A stretch of 63,810 bases of DNA, filler included, from Craspedostauros australis (Eukaryota), in the NCBI GenBank assembly GCA_030167865.1. It is 11 parts of 11 records of this genome, joined end to end, with 100 filler letters (N's around TTAATTAATTAA, not from the genome) between each part and the next. Parts side by side here need not be neighbours in the genome. Positions count along the whole stretch, not along the records: positions 1 to 22,384 come from JALAGF010004131.1; 10 more parts are not named here. The stretch is one strand, 5' to 3'. This document shows positions 1-11,750 of the stretch, piece after piece. The position numbers and the translations under genes are program-made. The notes beneath the pieces were generated by a model. The model was not told the origin of the DNA. It did not search any database and saw only the letters and a program-made list of their open reading frames with translations. How positions within the stretch are numbered: the stretch's first letter is position 1; the number at the start of each line of letters is the position of its first letter.

Positions 1-864
1 GGTGAAGATGCCGTCGTCACTACCACCCCTACAACCACCACCGTCGCTGCAACCACGACCACAGCTGCAACAGAGGATGCCAATCCAGCAGATGACAACT
101 CCTCACTCGAGTCAGATGTGAAGGCGATTGTCCCAGGTGAGGATGACCGAGTCACCACCACCACCACAGCTGCCACAACAACAGCAGCCGCCACAACCAC
201 AACAGCAGCAGCCACAACAACAACCACAACTACAGGTGCCACCACCACCGCATCGGCCGGTGTCCCCGACTTGTCTCCAACTGGCTTCCCCATATCCTTC
301 CCAACCATGTCCCCCACACTGTCTCCAACCGCCTCATTGGGACCAACGGACTCACCCATCCGATCAACGTGCGTGACGGGAACCTACGACTACGTCGCGA
401 ACTGGTGCGTGGAGGAGGGGATGGAGTGCTGCGATCTTGGATCGAGCAGCTGCTACTGGGAAGGCACGGTGACTGTGTGCCGTGGATCGTGCAACGGTCT
501 GGCCTCGTGCGACAAGGTGTCGGCCGGCATCCTGATCGAGGAGGACTCGTGCACTGGATACGCCGCATGCCAGGGCCTCGGAGTCGATGCGGATGTCGGC
601 TTGGGATCCTGCAATGGTCGGTACGCGTGCGGCCTTGCGAACGGTCCCATCGGCGATGGATCGTGCAATGGCGGATACCCCGCCGGATCCAACTGTTACG
701 AGGTGGATCTTGGTGTTGGTGACAACTCTTGCAACTACTACGGGAATCCCAGCAACTATCCTGCTGGATCGTACGCATGCTTGTATGCCGATACCTTCAT
801 CGAGAGTGATCGATGCAACGTGTTCTTTGGTGATGCGAGCTGCGTTGGTACTCCTCGCGGATGA
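1..864 (+). CDS. Thr-rich (mucin-like) + Cys-rich repeat extracellular protein, 5'-partial
   Basis: Frame 1 is open from base 1 (GEDAVVTTTPTTTT...) to TGA at 862-864. Poly-Thr/Ala and PT-rich linker, then a Cys-rich domain with SCNGLASC / SCTGYAAC / SCNGRYAC repeats, homologous to the protein at 61210..62517. Confidence 0.75.
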   Translation, partial: GEDAVVTTTPTTTTVAATTTTAATEDANPADDNSSLESDVKAIVPGEDDRVTTTTTAATTTAAATTTTAAATTTTTTTGATTTASAGVPDLSPTGFPISFPTMSPTLSPTASLGPTDSPIRSTCVTGTYDYVANWCVEEGMECCDLGSSSCYWEGTVTVCRGSCNGLASCDKVSAGILIEEDSCTGYAACQGLGVDADVGLGSCNGRYACGLANGPIGDGSCNGGYPAGSNCYEVDLGVGDNSCNYYGNPSNYPAGSYACLYADTFIESDRCNVFFGDASCVGTPRG

Positions 865-1171
865 GGTCATGATGCGCACTAGAACACTGTACTCGTACGT
901 ATGTGTGAGATTGGGATCATGGTTTGTGTATGATCCTGATCGAGCACGCGTTCCGAGTGTGATCGTACAGGCGCTGCTGGCCTTGGTCATGAGAAGATGC
1001 ACACAAGGAGACAAACTCCGGTACGCCCCACGTATGAGAATAAATGGAAGATAAAAGTAATAAGTCAAGCTTAGGTGAAACAACACTTTGTTTTATGCGC
1101 CGCTTCCGAACTTGGTCGCGCCGGTCATCCCTCGACTTGGCAAGAACCTCAGTCAATCCATACTTCCACAA

Positions 1172-4100
1172 TCATTGCATTGGATCATCATGATCGCTTT
1201 CGCTACCATCGCCGTCGAAACTCTCGCTCTCTTCGTCATCCTCGTCTTCTTCCAAATCAAAAAGCTCGAGCGACGACCAGCCTTGTTGTCCATGATTCAC
1301 CACGACTCCTCCAATCCCCCTGGATCCACTAAGCATCAAGTACGTGCCTTCCTGATGATCGGATCGGTGAAGGTCATTGGGCACAATACCAATCATCCTC
1401 GTGGAAGCGTGCAATTCGCCGTCTGGTAGTGCTGCGCCGAGATCTTCGGATCTCGCAAATGGCGTGACTTGAACTATGCAGCTTGAGTCGATTGTATCAA
1501 GTCCTGGCAAGATCGTTTCATGAGGAGACGCATGCCAGTTCAGGTTCTCGTATCCCATCATCCATATTTGCAAAATCGCGTCAGAAGATCCTCCGGAGTT
1601 TGCAGCTTCCTTTGGATCTGCACGATTGTCATCATCGTTATCCTCGTCATCATCTTCACCTGCATCCTGCTTTGTAAGGATGCAGAGCTTTTGACGTGCC
1701 CCCTCTTCGCCAGTTCCTTGATCGTGACCCGATGAGAGCGCACTCTTTCCGTCATCGCTGTAGAATTTGACATCGTGGACTTGGACGTTGTGGGGCAGAG
1801 AAATCTTGGTCGTCAACGTGAATGGAGTGTCCCACATGGAGTCTTCACCATCGTCCATATCATTCGTTGATGTTGATAGAGGGATGGCGAAGAGCTGAAT
1901 GCAATTGGATCCCATTCCAGCCTGCGCAATCATGCACCACTGTCTGCAGTGGTAGTCTTCGCTCGAATCATCGCCAATGTGCGTCACATGTGGTGAAAAG
2001 AAGGTATGGGATTCACCAGATTCCTCCATCTCCTGCAGTTCTTGTTCAGCAAACGGTTCCAGTTTGGAGTCTCTTCCGATGCGAGTTTGGATGGCCACGA
2101 TCTGCCTGGGTGTGCGGGGTTGGCCATTGCTTTGGGATGAGTGTTGCTCGAGCTTGGGCAGAATCAAGTCATATGGAACAACGTTTGTGGACAGCACGCG
2201 CCTTGGATAGCTCAGAACGATCTGCGTTGCAGTGTTTGCAGACTTCAAACACGATGACAACGGCTGATGCGCCGAAGACAAGGCCAGTTCTTCAGTTGCT
2301 GACTTTGGCGATGTGCTTCGCATCGTTTCGACTTCGACAGACTTCTCCTTTTCTCCATTGTCAGCACCCGTTAGCACGCACGTGAATTGCAAGTTGAGCA
2401 GTTTCTCCACCAGCGGCAAGCTTTGTCGGCCCTGTGTACATGTTGTGGTACTGGCACGCAGGTATTGCAGCAATCGATCAACCACGCCCTGCGGAGCGCG
2501 CCTCTTCATGGCATTGTCACGTTGGACGGAGTTTGGTGCCGTTCCACGGGCTTTGATTTGCGAACCAGTGGATCGAAGCCACACGATGAATTCGGACAGA
2601 CGGAACCGCGCTTGGATGATCTCGGCAAGCACGCCCTCGGCGCGCAGTAAAACTGCTTGGCATGCGAGAAGCATGTCTGTGAGCTGCTGATCGATCGACT
2701 CCGATGCGGATGGTGACGAATGCACCGCTGTGCGTGTGATGACGGATTGTCCCTGTGCTGCTTGTACGAACGTATCGAAGTCAGATCGTATGACGGCAGC
2801 CAATTCCTGGACGTTGAAGACCAGGGCTCGGGCAGGCCCCATGAGCCCTTTCCTAACCGCCACTTCGACATTTGCGACCGAGGCCTGAAGCGTCCGCTCC
2901 ATCCTTTGGACCAGCTGGTCGTTCATTTGTATCCCGGTGAAGAATTGATCAATCGCGTTCGCAATGTCAGCATTGTGGGTGGTGTGACCAAGGTTGATGA
3001 ATTTCCGCAGCACCGAGGGAATGGATTCCTGCACGTTGTAGTTTTTGAGCAGTCTTGACAGCGGCGTAATCTTATCATGCAACGGTTTCAATGAGGATCT
3101 CCAAGAGTTGCCGATTTCGGTTGTGGATCTCTGCAGGACTTGCAGATGCGTGTTGATGTGCGACGATAGGCTCGCAAAGCATTGGATCTTCGTGAGTTTG
3201 TGAAACTGCATTGGCAAGGTGACGATTGACAATTGGCTCGTCCCAACAGCATGCAGGATGAGCTTTGTGAGATCCTGCGAACAGGCCATTTCCACGCATG
3301 GGAGATGACCCAGATCGTCCATACGCAAGGGTGGCCTTGGCAGGCTCAGAAGATGGTACCGCCCATGCACAAATACATCTAGGCTTGCGGACGTTGCTGC
3401 GCACATGATGCTCATTGGCTTGGTGCATTTTGGCAGTTCGCTGAGGTACTGCTGATTGGCTTCGGATGCGGCATCGCTGTGATTGGGAGTGGAATGGTAG
3501 GCACTTGGTGGGAGGTACGCCGATGCTCTATCAACGTATCGCGATTGGTAGCTGCGATGGGAGTTGACAACGTTGTTGTGATTTGGTTTGGTTCGGTGTG
3601 AATCATCCGAGTACGGCATGGTGTGAGTGGGACGAGCAAATATGTGGCGTGAAAATTATGTGTATTGGTCACTGAAAGACGCAACTATTATACCAACGAT
3701 GCAGTTTCATGCCATGCTATGGACGTGGAACCATCCACAGATAGAGGAGAAGCCTTCGACTCAACTCATTCTGCACAACATCGTGAGCAAGGAAGGATTA
3801 TCCGCGAAGTTCACAGTGATGCAACATAGAGTACTCCATCAAGTACTCCATCGAGTACTCACCTCCACGATATGTCCTCCTCCCAGCTCTCAACAGAACG
3901 CCTCCAGGCCATCGGATGTGGACGGCCAATGTGAGCCCAAAACAAACCCACAATCTTCCCAGCAACTCGCACTCGATGCACCTGTGTCCCCACATCGTCA
4001 GCATCCGAGAGAGCGTCGTCTCCTGCGCCAGCATTCACGGAAACCCCGCCAGCGCTGACATCGCCAGTATCATTGGATAGATTCTCCACGGAATGGATCT

Positions 4101-4698
4101 CGATGAGCCCATCGCAGGCCACGGCCAGATGACGTCCATCCGGACTCCATGTGACGCATTGCGCGCCCTTCAACGGTGCAGACACCGCCTCATTCTGCTC
4201 ATCGGAGCCCTGCGCGACCGTGATCTGCGACAGCTTTTGCCACGAGACGGTGCGATGGATCCACAGAGCCGTCGCTGGGCCAACAATCTCTGATGCTGAC
4301 GCGGCCGTCGAGGATGATTGCTGTTGCTGCTGTTGTTGGTGGTGTTGCGATGCCTTCGATTTGGCTCCAAGACCCAGCACCACAAGATCCATGGAGGGGC
4401 ACATGCGACAGGCGCTCGGCGTCAGTGGCGCCCAAAGCTTTCTGGATTGCACCGACGTGAAGCAATCGCGGGTGCTGGCAGCATCATCATCATCATGATC
4501 GTGGTCGTGCGAAGCATCTTCTGCATCTCCCTCCATCGTTATCGTTTCCAAGTCTCTCTTCGCTATTTGCATTCGAAGCTCGTAGTGGTGTGAGCAGCAG
4601 CCGCAGATGCCAGAGATACCAGAGATAGCAGAGATGCTAGAAATGTTGGAGATGTGATGGAGCGTGCCTCGATTCCGTGATACAGGATCGTGTGTCAT
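1172..4698 (-). CDS. APC4: Anaphase-promoting complex subunit 4 (2 exons: 4698/4572/4536..3863 and 3551..1172)
   Basis: Exon 1 has the APC4 N-terminal WD40 pattern (CPSMDLVVL...LWIHRTVSWQKL...CVTWSPDGRHLAVA). A phase-2 intron 3862..3552 (AG|GTGAGT...CGCAG|C) joins it in frame to the long helical ORF (W-S-YQSRY). Start ATG is uncertain. Confidence 0.8.
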
Positions 4699-5127
4699 TG
4701 CTCTTCCTGTCTGCGTTTTGTGCTTGTTGCGCGGAACGTGTTTGTGGCGCCATTTTTCAAATGGAGCGATTTAGTCGACTTGATCGAGATGGTGTTACCT
4801 TGCACAGAGGGTCCAATTGGTCAATAATCGCACGACTTGAGAACTTGGCCCAATTGATTGGTCGTGCACAAAAATTGGGTTTGGTTCGTGTTGTTGTGTT
4901 CACGCAAGAGCACGTTTGAGGGTGAATCTTGTTGCCTTCGCGCAACACGCGATGGTGTTGTTGGCACTCGATTCTGCACGAACCGATGGTGTTCCTCTTC
5001 GCCTTTGTGAACATTGCACAGAGAGGTTGGGGAGGTCGTGCTGCGTTCTCACAACTTCCGAAATCGCCCACCACCCGACCATTCATCAACTCATTCCGAA
5101 CAACCAACACAACCAACACAATACACC

Positions 5128-5931
5128 ATGGTCCTCAAAAGCAAAAGCGCCCGAAACAGCGGCAGCAACAGCCGCTGCAGCAGGAAAGGCTTGCGTTGGA
5201 CAGCAGCCAGCACGCCGATAGTCTTTCTGCTGTCCGTCACCTTCCTCTGCATTCAGGCCAATGCGCAGGACTGTCTCGAGTGCACATCAAATGAAGATTG
5301 CGAACAAGCGTACGCCGGTAACAACGCTACGATGGGTCAATTCTTGGAGTGCGACACCGAGAAGAGCATCTGCAGGGATGCGGAGGGAGGTGCCGATCTC
5401 GGCTGCTCCTGCGTTCTGCGGGAAGACTGCTTCACGGGACGTTGCGAGGGCTTCATCCTCAGCGAATGGGTCTGCGTCGCCAAGCTGGATGAAGGCGAGG
5501 TCTGCAAGGAAGACTTGGATTGCAAGCTCGGAAGCTGCAAGCGCGATATCTTCCGCAAGTTCTGCAACTACGAGGAGACCATGTCACCAACCGATGCCCC
5601 GACTTCCGCTCCAACATACAAGGCCACCCAGGGCGTACGCGGTACTGACACGGACACGACAAACACAAATAGTGACGACGGCACCACAGGCGACAGTAAT
5701 GGTGATGGCAATGGAAACGTCAACGGCGGCAGTTCTCCGTCCACCAGCACGTCCAACGCCAGCGACGATGTCGATCCGGTGTGGATTATCTTGGCGATTT
5801 CGCTTGTCATCATCTTTGTGATAATATGCGTCTGCTTCAACCGAAATCGCAACTCTCCTGGATGCCCTGGATGCTATTGCGGAGACTGCGACAACAATGG
5901 TTGCTGCTGCCCCTGCGATTTAACATTGTAG
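5128..5931 (+). CDS. Single-pass membrane protein: Cys-rich ectodomain, PT/S/T/G linker, TM helix, Cys-rich cytoplasmic tail
   Basis: ATG 5128 in ACCATGG context; hydrophobic signal (IVFLLSVTFLCIQANA); Cys-rich block; TM VWIILAISLVIIFVIICVCF; tail CPGCYCGDCDNNGCCCPCDLTL. Confidence 0.75.
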   Translation: MVLKSKSARNSGSNSRCSRKGLRWTAASTPIVFLLSVTFLCIQANAQDCLECTSNEDCEQAYAGNNATMGQFLECDTEKSICRDAEGGADLGCSCVLREDCFTGRCEGFILSEWVCVAKLDEGEVCKEDLDCKLGSCKRDIFRKFCNYEETMSPTDAPTSAPTYKATQGVRGTDTDTTNTNSDDGTTGDSNGDGNGNVNGGSSPSTSTSNASDDVDPVWIILAISLVIIFVIICVCFNRNRNSPGCPGCYCGDCDNNGCCCPCDLTL

Positions 5932-8257
5932 GGCGCGCATTATCCTTCGCTTGTCGCCGTCAACTGTGGTTGGCAGTCCGGCCGTAACGGAGCAGTCAAT
6001 TGCATGGAAACAGCGAAGCGCGTCATCGCAGTTCAGGGTATAGAGTAATAGAGTATTGCGATGGCAATTGTTAAGTTAAGGCAGGTGCTCAATCCTCGAG
6101 AGAGAGAGAGAGAGAAAGATCAGTTCGTCACCGTGCGCTTCAGATTGTGCGAGTGTTGTCCATGCTGCCACTACACATTGAACACCCTCTTCGGACAGGC
6201 GTTGTTCATGAATAGCATCCTTGCTTTGGTGACCCTCGAAACGGCTCAGCACTGTTTGAAGAACAATGGCTTGTTGTCCGCATGTTCTCCTCAACGGTTC
6301 ATGGGATTTATATAACGTTCTTCATGAACAATGACATTTCTTGTGAATCTCTCCATTTATGGTCACCGTGGCAATGCGTGTATCCAAATCAATCACGCGT
6401 CCACGTTTCACGAAGCCGATGTGAGGTGCCATACTCGTAGCGACTTCCGACAAACGGAAGTTGGCATTTGTTTGAGTGTCAATTTGCTGTCACCACAAGC
6501 AAACAAGCAAACAACCAAAGCCCACTTGGCCATGGTTGCCAACGTCTGCTCTGATCGGAAAGCGAATGAGAGTACGGAGGCATACGGGTGCTCGGAGTCC
6601 ATCATGGTGGGCATCAGCGGTGACACTCCCACACATACGACCTACGAGCGACGTTTACTGTGACGATAGTGTTGTATCGCTACGGCCGACCATCTCTGTC
6701 GAGTGATAGAGCGCTGAGCAGATTGGGTGTACTACTCCTCGTGCAAGCAACAGTCCTCCACCCCGCATGTGAGGAATCTATTCGGAAGACGCGAAGTTCC
6801 CCGTTCAACCCTCAAGTTGATGGCATCGACGTTGCGGTTTTTTCAACGGGATCTCGGCGCCCTCGACGCATCAAGCACTTCCTTTGCGCACGAATGCAAG
6901 CTGCGGAGTTGCCAACAGGCAGCGATGATGCGGGGAACAAAACATGGAATGAAGTACTCTTGGGTTCGTGGGAGAAGCTTGTCGTGGATCTCCCATCGAT
7001 CTTCCGCCTCTTCGCTGGCACGCAAGTATGACAGCAGGGGAAGAAGAAGAAGTTGCTGCAGTTGAAGAATATTTCACGCAGAGCGCCATGGCGATTCGCG
7101 ACGGACGGTGCCGTCATCGCGATCATTCGCGGACTGGATTTGCCGTTCGATGCGACCCGCCACAGAGTCGCGAAAGGGAGTATCTGACGACGGCATGCAC
7201 GATGGCTGTGCTGCTGGTGGTCGCTGTGTGAGACTTCAACATGTGGGAAACAACCGGGACGCCCCAATACGAATCCCGGCAGCCCATCGATGTCTGTTGG
7301 CGTTTGTGTTGTTGTGCTCTCTTGGTATTGTCCTTGATGTTGTTCTTGCTGTTTGTGTCGCTGCTGCAAAGGAGACCGAACATGCGGGTATTGCGATGGA
7401 ATTTGGCCGTCACGTTTTGGTGGGAAAATGAGATGGTCGTTTGGTGTTGACGTTGTGCTTCGCCCAACCGTTAACAAGTCATCCACGAATCAGAAGGTTC
7501 AACACCAGAGACGATCACAAAATTTCGATTCCGTTCACATTGGAACTTGAATTCGCTCCCTCGCTGATAGCCACACCAAGCAACATCGGGAATCGTTGCT
7601 GGTCGTGCCCCTCTCTGCTGTGTGTGGCGGCAAGGTGGACTGGACCATCAGAGCGCAGTTGGAAAATGAATGTTGGTCGCAATGACCAATGGTCAACAGG
7701 CGGAAAGGGCGGGTATGACGCATGCCATGTCACGTCATTTGTGGAGGATCATCGATCACAAAAAATGAATCTTGTTCGATTTGTTGTGAAGGAATGCGGT
7801 TGCTTTGGACGTGTCGTTGAATGTTTGGCTTCCTTGCGACCCCGAGTGTCTGCGGACCGCTCAACGGCTCAGTTGAGCAGCAGTTGCGGAGTACGTTGCC
7901 GACTTTGTGAAGAGCAGAGTTCCATGTGGCACTTGTCGAGTAACACTTGCACTCTCGTTCGTCTACGGTGCGTGTTGTAGAGGGTGGTACGGTAAGTTCA
8001 ATCAGAGAGCTACTTGCTTTGGTAGCTAGACAGAGGATGGTACAGTGAAGAGACTAGGATGGTTTGACCAAGACAGCATAAGCCTGCAGACGTGCAGCTG
8101 GTGCGTGTGTACGCATACGAATAGGACGAGTAGAGAAGTGCACTCGGTAACAGTTTGTAACAAGTGGCTTAGAACACCCGCTGACGGAGAAGTGTGCTTG
8201 AGGGTTGGTGCATGGATGCCCAACTCTAACCCGTGGGTTCGTTCGTCATCTCGCGCT

Positions 8258-11200
8258 TCATATTGAGCTGGTTTCCAAAAGGTGCAGCAGGATGAGCTGC
8301 ATTCCTGCTCGCCGCGCAAGACTGCCGGAGTCCAGCACGATGGATGGATTCGGTGGCGAGCACATGCGGAGCGCCATGCGTGCCAGATGAGCGGCTGCGA
8401 GGTTGTTCGATTCCTTGTACAGCAAGCATTCGCGGAAGAAGGAGATGAAGTACACGACGACGTTGTAGGAGATCGGTTGCAAGTCCTCCAACAGTCTGCG
8501 TGTCAAGGATTGGATGGTCTCCGGTCCGACCTCCGTGGTTGGGAATAGCGCCGGGGAGATGATCGGAACCGCCAAGCTGAAGCATAACTGCTGCAATGCT
8601 TCCACGAAGCAGTGCACGGAGAGGTTGGCAGGCAGAGCGGATCCCGTGTCCAGCGCCTCTCGGATGGCGCTGGTGGTTTCGGCGTGATTGAGGGGCGTTG
8701 TGGCGAAGAGGTTGGGCGTCTGAAGTCCCTTCTCGTGGATGGCATCGACGAGCCGCCACATCTCCTTTGGAATGCAAAGCGCCTGCGTGGGGCTGATGTC
8801 CTGCTGGGGATTCTGCACGCGTTTGATGGGATCGAGGGGAACCTCACGAATTGGATCCTTGTAGAGCACGAGGTCATCGCATGTCATTCCGAAGCATGAT
8901 CTGGCGTAGGTCGCGCTGACGGTGAGGTAGTAGTCCCTGCCATTTTCCAAGCGCAGCACGAGGATGTCATCCAACACTTCTCGGCCCGTGTTGAGGACTT
9001 GGGCGGTGCTGTTGTCGAGTGTGAGTGTGACGTTGATGGTGGCAGTCTGCTCACCGGGAATTAGCAATCCGTACGTTGGTTTCACTGACAGCCAGCTCTT
9101 GCAAAGGGTGTTCTGATCATTGCCAAAATGCGGTGTCGTAGTTTGTGTGTTGCAGTGCGCAATCGAATTGAGTTGTGGGTCGCAAAGGAAGATAGCGTGC
9201 GTATGGTACGGCGGTTGATCAATTCGGTGAGCTCATTCGTTCATTCAATCGTAGAAAGAATAGATGACGGGTGACGACCAACTGATTACGAGCATGCATG
9301 CAGAAACGTCTCCTCCCACTGTTCCTTCATGCTCATAGCTTGCCCCTCGTGGTCCAGCACATCAAACGCCACAGCATTCAAGCACGCAACGAACACCGCA
9401 GCGCAAATACTCCAACGTTGCACACTCACTTCTCCGGTTTTGGGGACGAATCTGAACTTCGCAACGACGTTGCCGGTGTTGGTGATCTGGATCGGCAACG
9501 TGATGGACTGCTGGTACCGGATTTTGCCGAACTTGAGCTCGTTGACATCCAGGCCGACGGTGGGAAGGGACTGATTCTCGTAGCGATCGAGCATGGTGAT
9601 GAGCTCCTTGTATATCATTTCGCGGCGCGCGACATCGACGTGCTTGACGATGAGGTTGAGCGTGGAGTAGACGGGCTTGTGATCTGAGATCTTTGGCGTC
9701 TCGCTGCGCTTGTAGGTCCACTGCTTGATGTGGGATGGATCCTGCGCCATCCATAGGATTCGGTCGCACCATGCGGGGGCTCTGAGCTTCTTGTCGGGAC
9801 GCTGTTCGTATCTGTGCGTTCCCGGCTGGTACTTGTAGGTTGGGGCGAAGGTGATGGGTCCCTCCATGAATCCCTCGAAGACCCTGCCTTCGGCTCGTTC
9901 GATGTTGAGCTGATCGAGCTTGAGCAAGGGTCCCAGGTTGTTGGCCTCCGCGAGCTTGAGGACGTGCTCGGTGGGCATGCTCTCGTCGATGCGGTAGTTG
10001 AGATCGCCGAGCCAGAGGACGACGTCATGATCTGCGATGCCGACGGATGAGTTTCCCGACGCCCACTGCGACATGCTGCCATTGCGGATGACCTCGGCGA
10101 CGGCCGATTCGCCCACCTCGAAGGTGCATTTGTTGAGGACGTTTGCGTAGTCGGCATTTCTGCCGGCGATGTTTTCACGATGGGCGGCCAAGTGTGAGCA
10201 GACGAAGCAGAGCGTGCTGTCGTAGAACTGCAATCGGATGGCGGCACCTCCCTTGTTTCCCATCATTCCCATGACGCCGACTCCCACGACGTTGCTGGAT
10301 GCGTGCTTGACGTAGTGACGGTGCGGTATCTTGACGAGCACGCAGATGAGGAGACCGACCATGGATTGCTGATGGACGAGGACGTAGCCATTGCGCTGCG
10401 GGTCGTTCATGGTCCGCTTGGGTGCGTTGACTGTCTGCAGAATGCGCTCCACCCAGTACTGCGATCGCTGCTGGGTCTTGCTGTCCACGGCGACGTTGAC
10501 AGCGTTGAGGTCGACAATCTCCTGGAAGCCCACGGCGATAAGATCTGGCGCGTACTGATGAGTCGCACCCCAATCGCTGCAAAGGAACTCCTCGAGACCT
10601 TCATCCTTTCCTTTGGCGTTCACATTCCAAGTTCCGCAAAACATCAAGGACTGGCAATTGGCGTATGATGATTGTCAGTTCGTTGAATGTTCATTGTCAG
10701 TTCATTGAATGTTCATTGGCAAGTTGTTGAGAGGTGACATATGAGTTGAGAGGAGGTGCATGTTTTGTGTTTTTGTTCATGAGCGTGGAACGAGCATGGA
10801 TTGAAATGGTGTGTCGATGAGCGTGTGTGAGGATGTGAGATGAATGGACTGCTTGATGAAAGCAACACCACAGAACAGAACAGAACAGGACATGATATGG
10901 CAGGACACTACAGGACATGATATGTCACGTGCATACGCATGCGCATGCATTGACTAACCTGACGATAGGTGGTGAATTCTTGCACACGAGATCTGATCTG
11001 CTTGTAGATCCACGAATCCCTGATCTTGGACATCGCCTCCTTGTTGCGGATCCTGCCATCCTCGGTCTCCTGATCCGCAGTGCGCGGCACCAGCACCTTG
11101 TGCTCGAGCTGTTCGATGCGAGAGAACGATTTCGCTGGCAGCGGCGTTGCCGTGGCAGGCGCCGACACGGATGCGGGAACGCGCGTGGGCGTTGTGGCCG

Positions 11201-11633
11201 ATGGCACGGCCAGCTGTTGCGGTGGAGGCGTCGTGGATCTGGATCCAGGCTGGGACGCAGTGGAAGCAAAGCTGTGCGATGCCTGCGTCTGCCTTGCCGC
11301 TGGCTGCGCTTGCGACTGAACCATCGCTGGCACTCCACCAGGCACACCCGCGGAGGTCGGCGGAGTGATGACCGGGGTGCCTGGCTGCTGCTGTCTTTGT
11401 TGGTACGCCATCTGTTGCGCCTGCGCTTGAGCCTGGCTCTGCTGACTGTACGCATACCCCTGTGGCTGGTTGGTGGGGACCATGGCCATTTGTTGTGCTT
11501 GCGCCTGTGCCTGTGGTTGCTGCTGTTGCTGGTAGTACTGCTGCTGCTGTTGTTGCTGTTGTTGCTGCGGAGCATTGCCTCCTGGTGGCATTGCCCAGTT
11601 CGGCGCTCCTCCGTTGGGATTGTTGGACGCCAT
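8258..11633 (-). CDS. OCRL: OCRL/INPP5B-type inositol polyphosphate 5-phosphatase (5-phosphatase + ASH + RhoGAP-like), 3 exons: 11633..10959, 10650..9430, 9112..8258
   Basis: Motifs GTWNVN, GFQE, GNKGG, WLGDLNYRI, PTYKY, PAWCDRILW, SDHKPV; ASH motif DILVLRLENGRDYY; GAP-like IPKEMWRLVD. Phase-0 GT-AG introns 10958..10651 and 9429..9113 keep the frame. Confidence 0.92.
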
Positions 11634-11688
11634 TTTCACTCCTTGTGCTTTCTGTTGCTTTCTGTTGCGTTGAGTGCGCACTTTGGGC

Positions 11689-11750
11689 TGATCCCTGATC
11701 ACTGATCCCTGATCACTGATCCCTGGTTGCTGATTGTTGATCACAGATCA
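11689..11750. repeat. Short tandem repeat (CTGATCCCTGATCA-type units) just upstream of the OCRL start
   Basis: ctgatccctgatca ctgatccctgatca ctgatccctg... visible directly. Confidence 0.6.

Noticed and set aside
6000..8000. Several 100-220 aa ORFs between the membrane-protein gene and OCRL
   Set aside because: No motifs, no codon bias and no consistent strand; treated as non-coding or unresolved.
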